Shown piece by piece: positions 40,901 through 52,366 of a stretch of DNA of 64,000 nt (positions within the stretch are counted from its first letter, which is position 1; each line of letters begins with the position of its first letter). The translations under genes and the position numbers were made by a program. The notes beneath the pieces are model-generated. The model saw only the letters and a program-made list of their open reading frames with translations. It had not been told where the DNA came from and searched no databases. The DNA is from Octopus sinensis. Its lineage: Eukaryota. The stretch spans positions 5,394,001-5,458,000 of the forward strand of contig NC_043004.1 of assembly GCF_006345805.1 (NCBI RefSeq), read 5' to 3'.

Positions 40901-42275
40901 CAGATGTAGTTACACATCGCTGGTCACAATGTGTTCGCATTGTTTTAGCCTTCGAATGATGCTGGCTAAGCGAGCAGGCCAACAGAAGAAAGAGTGGGAG
41001 AAAGAGTGGTGATAGAGTACAGCAGGGATCACCACCCCCTGCCGGATCCTCGTGGAGCTTTTTAGGTGTTTTCGCTCAATAAACACTCACAACGCCCGGT
41101 CTGGGAATCGAAACCGCGATCCTACGATCGCGAGTCCGCTGCCCTAACCACTAGGCCATTGCGCCTCCATATATATATATATATATACATATATACAATG
41201 GGCTTCTTTCAGTTTCCATCTACCAAATCCACTCACAAGGCTTTGGTTGGCCTGAAGCTATAGTAGAAGACACTTGTCCAAGGTGCCATGCAGTGGGACT
41301 GAACCTGGAACCATGTGGTTCATAAGCAAGCTACTTACCACACAGCCACTCCTGCACCTATCGTATTAAAATGATTTACAAAAGAATTTACTTACAATCG
41401 GTGGAGTTTGAGTAACACTTCCAAACGGTGCAGGAATATTCATTTTGTTCATTAAATGAAGAACCTGATGACGAAATAGTTTGTTTTTAGAGAAAATATC
41501 AATTGGAATTTCAAACAAAACATTCTTATAGTAGAAATTTTAAAATCTTTGTAATGTGCAGAAAGAAAAAAAATTATCAAATTGCTTCTGTCTTTTACAT
41601 GTTTTAGTCACCAGAATGCGACCATGCTGAGCACCACCTTGAAGAACTGACTCCAATACTCATTGCTTTTTTTTTTAAAGTCTGGTACTTATTCTATCAG
41701 TCTCTTTTGCCGAATGGCTAAGTTACAGAGACATAAGAACAAACCAACACCAGTTGTCAAGTGGTGGTGGGACAAACACAAACACAGATATTTTATATAT
41801 ATATATAATTAAGAGAAATAACCTCTATTAAGCAATCCAATAGTAAAAGACATTATCTACACCATATAGAAAAAATGCTTATTTAATATAGTGATTTTTG
41901 AATAATATTTATTATAGTATATTTAAATTTTTTCTATATGGTGTAGATAATGTCTTTCACTATTGAGTTACTTAATAGAGGTTATTTCTCTTAATGATAT
42001 ACATATATATTGTGAAATTTTTAGAAGTGCTATATTGAATTTTTCCCTGTAAGTTTGGAATTATATTCCCTATTATTATTATTATATATATAATTTCCAG
42101 GATTTAGGAGAACCAGATACTTAAATAGTCAAGTACCAAGGTTGGGTTGGTGATAGCACTATTGTAGACAAACAGTATTTAAGGACAAATATATACTTAC
42201 TAAAGTAAACGCTTTATCAATAAAAAAACATATCTGAAACAGCTGTAGTGAACAACCCACCTGTTGTTATTTATT

Positions 42276-42342
<67 letters not shown>

Positions 42343-43316
42343 GAGTGAAATCTTCGAAACATGTGTCGGAAGTAAAAGTATTTGAATTATACCTGCGTTA
42401 AACTCCATTTATTTATATATATATATATATACATATATATACATATACATATATACATACATTTACCCAAAGTTCCAGTCAGTAGATTGAGCCCAGAAGC
42501 ATGTGGTTGGAAAACAAGCTTCCTTCCACACACCCATGCCTGCACCTATAAATATGTATATTCTGTGCAGCTACTTTATTGCTCTTTGATTCAAAATTTG
42601 AATTTCTAATCCAGCCATGTGATCGAGAAATGATTATCTCCCTTACAATAACTGACCACCAGGACACACCACATGTTTCAATAATTAGTATTATAAATCA
42701 TTTCATCCGGAGAACTCAAAGGAGATAAAGCTATAAGCAGCTTTATCTACTTATTATACTCAGATCTTCTGTGAATATGATAGATGTGCTACTACAGGTA
42801 ACCTTCCACTTTTTTCTGTCCATGGGGGTTTTTGCATTCAATATTCTACAATGCCATCATTTATACCAATATCTACTTGAGTTCCATAGTTGAAATATTT
42901 CATAGCTCTCAAGCACAGAAAATGGATGTTAAATGACAATAATGATAATGATGATGATGACAATGGTGATCCTATTTATATCAGCATGAAAAAAAAAAGG
43001 TACAAAGCGAAAACCAATTTTCATGTCAAATATTCACAGAGTGGACAAAGAGATGAAGATCAAGAATAGGTTTTTGAACTACATTTCATACCTGGACATA
43101 AAATTTTGGACACGATGCCAAAGCATTGGCAATGTTGGTAAGAATCGATACAGTTGGTGGTGGGTATATGTAACTGAGACGGGGGTTTGCACAGTACTGG
43201 ATTCTGGAAAATAAAACATAAATATTTTACTTGTTTCTAGGGTTGGATTCAGTGTACAAGTTATTTATACAATTCAAAATGTGTTGCACAAACAGTATAA
43301 GTTGTATGTATGTGTG

Positions 43317-43382
<66 letters not shown>

Positions 43383-45145
43383 TAGATAGATAGATAGATA
43401 GATGTACATAGATAGATAGATAGATACATAGATAGATAGATATCATCATCATCATCATCATTGTTTAATGTCTGCTTTCCATCCCGGCATGGGTTGGACA
43501 GTTTTTGACTGAGGACAGGGAAGCCAATAGGCCGCACCAGGCTCCAATCTGATCTGGCAAGGTTTCTACAGCTGGATGCCTTTCCTCATGCCAACCACTC
43601 CAAAAGAGTAGTGAGTGTCTTTTACATGCCACTGGTACAGGTTTACATGCCACTGGCATGAGTTTATGTGCCAGATATATGTTTTATATATATGTATAAC
43701 ATTCAATGTGCCGGTGACACGTAAAAGCACCGTCCGTTCGTGGCCGGTTGCCAGCTCTGTCTGGCCCCGTGTCGGTGGCACGTAAAAGCACCATCCGTTC
43801 ATGTCCGTTGCCAGCATCGCCTGGCCCCGTACCGGTGACACGTAAAAGCACCATCCGTTCGTGGCCATTCGCCAGCTCTGTCTGGCACCTGTGCAGGTGG
43901 CACGTAAAAAACACCCACTACACTCGCGGAGTGGTTGGCGTTAGGAAGGGCATCCAGCCGTAGAAACACTGCCAGATCTGACTGGGCCTGACGAAGCCTT
44001 CCAGCTTCACAGACCCCAGTTGACCCGACCAACCCATGCTAGCATGGAAAACAGACGCTAAACGATGATGATGATGATGATGATTCAATATCATTATGTA
44101 CTACATAAATACTGCATGGCTGTGTGTGTGTGTTTGGACCTTCTTGATGCTTTAATGCATGAAGGGTCAGCTTGACAGCAGAGTCTTGGTTTGCTCAATA
44201 TAATAATATTCATCATTCAAGTCCAATGGCGAATATTGTTGTAATGGGCATGGTTTGTGCAGAACCAATCCCAGTTCCTCATCATCATCATTTAGCATCT
44301 GTTTTCTATGCTGGCATGGGTTGGACATTTTGACAAGAACTAGTAAGCGGGAGAGCTGCACCAGGCTCCAGTCTGTTTTGGCTTGTTTTCTATGGCTGGA
44401 TGCCCTTCCTAATGCCAACCACTTCACAAAGTGTTCCAGGTGCCTTTAATGTGTCACTGGCACAGGTGCCTCTAGCATGTCACCGGAACAGGTGCCCTTA
44501 GCATGTCACTGGCACAGGCGCCTTTTACATGTCACCAACACAAGTGCCTCGTGCCATGAGAAAATGAGCACCAGCCATATAAAGACGTAGCTCCCCACCT
44601 CTCTTTCACTCTCTGTGGCTGTCACATCCTGAATGTGTTGTTGGGTCAAAGGGTAGGAAAGTCAAGAGGATGTCTATTCCTGCTTATAGACTACGAAGAT
44701 TTATGAAAACAGCATGGAACATGTTTCCAACTCCTACCCTTTCACACATGTCTACTGACTCTTTATATGTGGCTGTGGTAAGTAGCTTACTTACCAACCA
44801 CATGGTTCCAGGTTCAGTCCCACTGTGTGGCACTTTGGGCAAGTGTCTTCTACTATAGCCTTGAGCCAACCAAAGCCTTGTGAGTGGATTTGGTAGATGG
44901 AAACTGAAAGAAGCTCGTCGTATATATATGTATGTGTGTGTGTGTGTGTGTTTGTGAGTCTGTGTTTGTCCCCCACCCCCAACATTGCTTGACAACCGAT
45001 ACTGGTGTGTTTGCTTAGTGGTTCGGCAAAAGAGACTGATAGAATAAGTACTAGGCTTACAAAGAATAAGCCCTGGGGTCGATTTGGTCGACTAAAGGCG
45101 GTGCTCCAGCATGGCCGGAGTCAAATGACTGAAACAAGTAAAAGA

Positions 45146-45178
<33 letters not shown>

Positions 45179-47340
45179 CTTTTACTGCTTACTGTCAGTT
45201 TTTCGAAATCAGTGGCAGACGCCACTAGAAAAACTCTTATATATTTGCAAGGAAGCCTTCACTTTCGTCACATCCTGGTGGTTACCGCCCGTTGACAAGG
45301 GACAAATATCCCGAAACTAGTCTGAGCGTATCACTCAGGCTTGCGAGGAAGGGATGGCCTCCCTTTGCAAATACTTCAAGGGCACTGATATGGTGTCTAA
45401 AGCCAGCTAGAGACGACGATCTCTTGGGGCTATAAAGCTACAGTAACACCCCCTCCCCTATGTGGTTAGCCATAAGATGGCTTCTATACTTTATATATAT
45501 ATATATTCCATTTTTCTTGTTTCAGCTCAGAGCTGCGGCCATGCTGATGCACGTTTAAATAGAAGTAAAATGGCCTTATTAAGGGATAAAAAATATCCAA
45601 TGAATTATTGGTTTGTTGCCTACTATTTTTTGTGAATAGCAATATTCCTAAAATAATAGGTTTAAGTATAAATCTTGGTTTATAAATATTCAAATTAAAA
45701 TTCAGAAAATGGAGATGTAACATTAATACAATTTATTAACTGGAAAAATTCAACATGTTCTCTTACAGTTAAAGTAGGAGACAATTGTCCAAGGTGTCAC
45801 ACATCGGGACTGAACCCAAGACCACATGGTTGGCAAGCAAGCTTCTCAACCACACAGCCAAGCATGTGCCTATTGTGATATATGCAATATACAAAACTTG
45901 AATTCATAATAAACACAACAACCAACATCACAGATAAAATATTTCCCACAACCAATACACAGTGCCATATAAATGACAGCCTAAGGGCATCCAGTCGTAG
46001 AAGCCATACCAAAGCAGGAAATGGAACCTGGTGCAGCTCTTTAGCTCACCAGCCCCCATCAAACATCCAACTCATGCCAGTATGACATTAAATAATAATG
46101 ATGATGGTGATGAACATCTGTATAACAAAACAACTTACCCCCATTTCAAATAGCCTTCATCAATGTGAGGTTTTGGTTCAAATGTCTTCTCTTTTGTTCC
46201 TTGTTTAGAATTTCTTTTGTCATCCTTCTGTGGTTTTCTGTCAAACACCAACAATACAAAAATTACCGTTATTAAAATACGTTTCTCATAAATAATTTTT
46301 CTCATTGGCTTTTGTTCTTTGTTTTTTCAGATAAAAATAGCAGTTCAGCAAAAGATACTGATAAAATAAGCAGCTGGCTTAAAAATAAAAGTACTAGGGT
46401 CAATTCATTCCACTAAAATTTCTAAAAGGAAGTGTCCCAGCATGGCTGCAGTCAAATGACTGAAGTAAGATAAAACATCCTTTTGCGTCTGTCCACTTAA
46501 GAAGCTTGCTTCCTAACCATGTGGTCTTAGGTTCAATTCCACTGCACAGCACCTTAAGCAAGTCACTTGTGTTATAACTCCAGGATCACCAAAGCATTGA
46601 GAGTGGATTTGATAGATGCAAACTAAAAGAAGACCATCATATAGACATACACACGTGCACACACAGACACGTGTGTGTGTACGTTTGTCTATGTGTGTGT
46701 GTGTTTGTGTATATATACATACACACACATACTGAGTGAAGTATAATCATTTGACTTAACTACTACTCATTTGTAGAGCAAAATGAAAAACAAAATCTCT
46801 TCCATGAGCAACATGGTGGCTCAACCTACTAGAAATAATAGTTGAATCTCTCTCAAATCAATACTTTACTATTCTAAAAATAGGAAGGACTCACAGGAGA
46901 GTGTAGTCCTGAGTATACAAAAAAGGATGTGATAGTCATGATTGGAACATGTTTGATCATAAATCTGTTCAGTTAGCGCTAGTCAATGACTTAGCAACAA
47001 AAACAACACTTCCTATTACAACTTCCCTACAGCTAAAGTAGGAGACAGTTGTCCAAGGTGTCACACAGCGGGACTGAACCCAAGACCACATGGTTGGCAA
47101 GCAAGCTTCTCAACCACACAGCCAAGCATGTGCCTATTGTGATATATGCAATATACAAAACTTGAATTCACAATAAACACAACAACCAACATCACAGATA
47201 AAATATTTCCCACAACCAATACACAGTCCCATATAAATGACAGCCTAAGGGCATCCAGTCGTAGAAGCCATACCAAAGCAGGAAATGGGACCTGGTGCAG
47301 CTCTTTAGCTCACCAGCCCCCATCAAACATCCAACTCATG

Positions 47341-47386
<46 letters not shown>

Positions 47387-50300
47387 ATTATAGAATATAT
47401 TCCAGAGCTTGCATATAGTTTCAATGTTAAATACCTCTCATTATCAATAAATTTTGGAAAGTGTTCCTGCTGGGATTTTCTGGAAAATTCTATAACAAGT
47501 TTCTTGTCAAACACTTCCAATTGATGGAGTCTTTCTAAAGCCTGCAAGAATGAATGAATGAAACAATTTAGCTAGACCAGAATGTAAATATGAAATACTA
47601 CAAGACAAAACAACTTTCAGTTTAAATGTTGAAACACAATTTCAAGAACAAAATTTGCTAAACAGGTGCAAAACCCAATCCAAAATGTTTTTATCAGGTG
47701 AATGTTCAAAACGTTTTCAATGCCCCAACAAAATTTTAGGGGTTACACTTGCACCCCCTGCACCTGACCCTATGTGTTTAAATGATACAGGCACAGGTGT
47801 GGCTATGTAGTTAAGAAACTTGTTTTGCAACCAGGTAATCAGAGTTCAATCTTGCTATGCAGATCTTTGGGCAAGTGTCTTCTACTATAGCTCCAAGCCA
47901 ACCAAAACCTTAACAGGGGATTTGATGGATAGAAACTGAAAGAAGCTCGTCATACATGTGTGTGTGTATGTTTGTGTGTGTGTGTGCACACCCTTGTTTA
48001 GATATCATGTGATAGTTACAAATGAGCATCATCAAATGAGGTTGTTTGTTTCCAGTCTTCTGTGAAAAACATGACTAGCTGAGGCAAAAATATTACTTTG
48101 CACCAAAGGATGTGGGTTGGTGATAGGAAGTGCATCTGGCCATAGAAAATCTACCTCAACAGATTCCATTTGACCCATACAAACATGAAAATGCAGACAT
48201 TAAAATGATGATAGTGACTGACACACTGGAACACATCATGTCTAACAACCTTTCCAAAGAACATCATCATCATCATCATCGTTTAATGTCCGCCTTCTAT
48301 GCTGGCATGGGTTGGACGATTTGACTGAGGGCTCGCGAACCAGATGGCTGCACCAGGCTCCAATCTTGATCTGGCAGAGTTTCTACAGCTGGATGCCCTT
48401 CCTAATGCCAACCACTCCGAGAGTGTAGTCGGTGCTTTTACGTGTCACTGGCACGAGGGCCAGTCAGGCGGTACCCACAACGGCCACTTATTATTAATAT
48501 CCCAAAATCTACATAAAAACAGATTTAATTTTCATAACTAAGAAATGCTTCAATATTGAAGAGTTCAAGTCTTTTGACAAGATTCAAGTACAACAGCCTA
48601 AGAAGTTGCCACTTTGTATATATGTGATTCCTTGTCTTGATATCATGTGAAATTTGTAAACAAGTGTCAATGTCGTATAAGCAGTGTCTTTCATTTCCAT
48701 TCTTCAATGGGAAAATATTACTTTGCTAGGAAACAAGTGAGGTTTGGTAAGAGGACAGCATCCAACCACAGAAAAATGTGTCCCAACAAATTCCATCTGA
48801 TCTATGTGAGCATGAAAATGGAGACATAAATATGATGATTTGTATATATGATATTTGTATTATTTAATGATGTCAAATGTATGTCATTTCCATTGACTTA
48901 CAAAGCTTTGATCAACTTGAGGCTATAGTAGAAGACACTTGCTCAAGGTGCCATGCAGTAGGACTGAACCTAAAGTGATGGTTGAGTAGGAGACTTCTCA
49001 CCACACAGCCATGCCAGTGCCAATTTGATATATATATATAAGTGAAAGTTTTGTGTAAAAATATCAACATTGTATGATGGATAACATAATAATCTTTTCT
49101 ACTATAGGCACAAGGCCTGAAATTTAGGGGGCAGAGGCCAGTCGATTAGATCCACCCCAATACACAACTGGTACTTAATTTATCAACTCCGAAAGGATGA
49201 ATGGCAAAGTCGACCTCGGTGGAATCAGAACGTAGCGATGGGCAAAATTATGCTAAGCATTTTGTCCAATGTGCTAATGATTCAGCCAGCTCGCTGCCTT
49301 ATTATGGATGATGGATGGATAATATAACAATGACATACAGCATAGATGTAACAAATATCACATAAATGTGACAGGGGAAAATGATATAGAAATGGCTTAA
49401 ATGCATATCATATTTGCTATAGAAAACTAATGTGATAAATATAAAATGCATTAGAATTGCAAAATGGGACTTAAGTGTGACAAAAAACAAAATTAATTCA
49501 TCTAAAATCATCAGCATTTAATTGATAATATTAAAAGTAACAAGGTAAAATCTTGAGCACAAAAGTATATAATTTGATACTTTAAACTTACATTTTTGGC
49601 AGCTTCTTCATCACTAAATGTTGCAAATGCACAATGCTTCTGGAAAAACAAAAAAACATGTGTAAATATTTTTGAGTTTGAGAGGACAGTGTAAAACTAA
49701 GATACAAAAAATATTGTATCTTAGTTAAGATACAAGATAATACAGAGAGAATTTTGTAATCGTAAAAAAAAAAGTTGGAATGTCCATGAAGATAAAATTG
49801 GACAACCAACACATGGGTCATCAGATCATACCAGCTGCAAGAGTTTCATAGAATTTCTAGGTCACTGAAGTGGATGTCATCGACATAGATATACCATGTC
49901 CACCTCCCGGTTGCTTTGGCCCTGATAGTGTTTCTCTGTGGGTATGCTTCATTGAGTGACAAAGGTAACTGGTGCATTCATTGAGAAAAAATTAGAGTCT
50001 ACGCAAGTCAGTGCTCTACTGACTTGCATTCAAAAAGCATGGGATGCTTTTAATTTTATGTTGATTTAGAGGAGTACAAATGGGTTCCAAATCTTCAAGA
50101 TATGGTACCTTTCAAAAAACAGACTGGTTTTCTATCTGGCTAAAGATTAACTCTACAAAGTATGCAGTGAATATTCAGCTTTGTGAGTTCCTGTAATACA
50201 TGAAAAGTAAGGTAAGCACACTTACCTACCCACCCACTGGATCTGGTTAGTATGAATATAAAGCGGGTAGAATGTTTGAGCCAGATACAGCTAGTTTAAA

Positions 50301-50677
50301 TAATGACTGGCTCTGAGGGACTACCCAAGTAAAATAGGCATAAAAGGGGGTCCACAGGTAAAAAAATGGTTGCGAACAAGTGTAATAAAGGGACACAACA
50401 AAATACCTTGTGGTATTTTGTCTGCTGCTGTTCCACTACTTTTGCTGAGAATAACCTAGCTACATATGTCCTGGCCTAGACAAGGCAATGGCTGAGCCTT
50501 TATAATCAAGCTGACAACCTAGAAAAGAGAAATGGAAACAATTCAAGCACTCACCATTGAATTATCTAACACTTTAACTCTGATGGCTCCAAAATGAAAC
50601 AGCAAGTTTTCTTTATCTTCATTGGTGAGCTGGGATGGTAAATGCCGTACCAGCAATGTACTGTTTATATCAGCCAT
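26989..50677 (-). CDS. RNPC3: RNA-binding region-containing protein 3 (U11/U12 snRNP 65K), two RRMs, 471 aa
   Basis: Coding exons in transcript order: 50677-50555, 49639-49592, 47541-47435, 46237-46139, 43203-43092, 41464-41396, 38306-38203, 36697-36450, 34683-34607, 32976-32880, 31577-31483, 30484-30426, 29268-29136, 27033-26989 (TAG); total 1416 nt in one frame. Motifs: [100 protein letters not shown]. Confidence 0.96.
27034..29135 (-). other. U12-type (minor spliceosome) GT-AG intron of RNPC3
   Basis: 5' splice site GTATCCTTTT (29135-29126); branch motif TCCTTAAC (27051-27044) with branch A about 11 nt from the terminal AG (27035-27034); phase 0 between V-V and Q-F-A-R. Confidence 0.95.
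37480..37587. repeat. 36-bp tandem repeat, 3 copies
   Basis: Unit tggacttcataaactgagaatactagaagaataagc repeated head to tail. Confidence 0.95.
38410..38745 (+). mobile_element. tRNA-derived SINE family C
   Basis: Head tggctcagtggttagc (A box) ... gagttcgaatcc (B box) followed by a GC-rich body. Confidence 0.75.
40860..41170 (-). mobile_element. tRNA-derived SINE family D inserted into a family A SINE
   Basis: Minus-strand head ggcgcaatggcctagtggttagggc...ggtttcgattccc; (GTGAT)-like tail; flanked by the two halves of a family A copy (40620-40810, 41190-41360). Confidence 0.75.
41808..41995. repeat. Foldback with 68-bp arms in TA context
   Basis: 41808-41875 and 41928-41995 are reverse complements with a few mismatches. 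Confidence 0.9.
44765..45147 (+). mobile_element. Full-length tRNA-derived SINE family A (ggctgtggtaagtagctt head, internal TA/TG microsatellite)
   Basis: A/B-box head, central (TA/TG)n, 3' end gactgaaacaagtaaaagag. Copies at 1-93, 6040-6445 (-), 18200-18430, 27505-27905 (-), 51165-51490 (-), 52130-52530 (-), 55805-56335, 56715-57065 (-), 57900-58265 and others. Confidence 0.88.
45278..45334 (+). ncRNA. Candidate minimal type I hammerhead ribozyme
   Basis: Core UUGACAA (45292-45298), stem II GGGA-caaata-UCCC, GAAA (45313-45316), palindromic CUAG loop, UC cleavage site at 45321-45322, and imperfect stem I (45278-45291 with 45323-45334). Confidence 0.6.
45761..47339. repeat. ~320-bp direct duplication (about 45761-46078 and 47022-47339)
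   Basis: Near-identical chimeric blocks; they give the twin ORFs 45797-46012 and 47061-47276 in the track. Confidence 0.92.
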
Positions 50678-51507
50678 TTCTTATGTGAAATAAGTTCTGA
50701 AAGTATATAGAGACAAAGTCTTTATTATTGGTTACAGTATAAAATAAAAAAGGTGGGGTTAGCCAAATAATATTTTAAAAAGAGATGACTTTTATTATAT
50801 ATTTTTCATATTAACAATACACAAACTAACCAAGAAAAAAAGAGCACGAAAGAAATAATTCATTTCAAGGGGGATAATTCTTATCCTCGTAAAATAATAT
50901 TGTATGTCAACCGTGCTTGATGGCATAGAAGTCCTTTTTTCTGAAAAAAAAAAAAAACGCTACAAAAATTACCACAGATCCTATATGCAAAGTTGGACTC
51001 ATATCACATGCTTTAATGCACTAAATTTTTTTTTTTTAATTCCTGAATATGAGCTGCTGAAATAGGGATGCGTCTAATATGCCATCAGATACGGTGTTTT
51101 CCTAATGTTAGAATATGTAATTTTAAACACTTGCTCTTTATATATATAGAGAGAGAGATAGATAGATATTCTTTTACTTGTTTCAGTCATTTGACTGCGG
51201 CCATGCTGGAGCACCGCCTTCAGTCGAACAAATCGGCCTCAAGACTTATTCATTGTAAACCTAGTACTTATTCTATCGGTCTCTTTTGCTAAACCATTAA
51301 GTTACAGGGACGTAAACACACCAACATCGGTTGCCAAGCGATGGTGGGGGAGGGAGCAAACACAGAAACACAAATACATACATATAACCAAATCCACTTG
51401 GTCAGTCTGAGGCTACAGAAGACCCTTGGCCAAGGTGCCACGCAGGTGGGACTGAACCTGGAACCATGTGGCTGGTAAGCAAGCTTCTTATATATATATA
51501 TATATAT

Positions 51508-51539
<32 letters not shown>

Positions 51540-52331
51540 TTAGCGTCCGCTTTCCATGCTAGCATGGGTTGGACGGGTCAACTGGGGTCTGTGAAGCTGG
51601 AAGGCTTACGTATATTGCTGGCTATGTATGGCAAATAACTGGTCAAGTGTTACTGACAGTTTTACATCGACAATGACACCTGGCAGTCGAATATTAAGAG
51701 CTGAAGACAAGAAATCTCTAGACCAGTGTTTCTTCTTCTTCTTATTATTATTATTATCATCATCATCATCTAAGGTGGCGAACTGGCAGAATCGTTAGCA
51801 TGCCAGGCGAAATGCTTAGCAGTATTATTTGAAGTAGGACGTGGGGTAAAAATGGTTAAAAAACACTTCTCTCTAGACTATTATATAATTGAAAAAATGG
51901 ACCAATAAGTACAGTTACTTAAATGAGCAAATTATAACTGATCATACTAACACTGTTGGTTTGTGTTGAACAGTCTTATACCAACGATTTGCTTATGCAT
52001 TGGTACCTATCAAGTGCTATACCAGTAGTCTTCAATCATGCTCCATGTGTCTCTTGGGGTACCACATAAGTGTTTGTCATTAAAATTTATCAGCAATAAA
52101 TTGGTTATACATCAACAATACGCAAAATATTTTACTCTCTCTTTTACTTGTTTCAGTCATTTGACTGTGGCCATGCTAGAGCACCACCTTTAGTTGAGCA
52201 AATCAACTTCAGGATTTATTCTTTGTAAGCCTAGTACTTATTCTATCAGTCTCTTTTGCCAAACCGCTAAGTTACCGGGACGTAAACACACCACTATCAG
52301 TTGTCAAGCGATGTTGCGGGGACAAACACGG

Positions 52332-52366
<35 letters not shown>

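Noticed and set aside
41465-41478. CTGATGACGAAA hammerhead-like string
   Set aside because: No stem II; it is the reverse complement of an RNPC3 splice acceptor.
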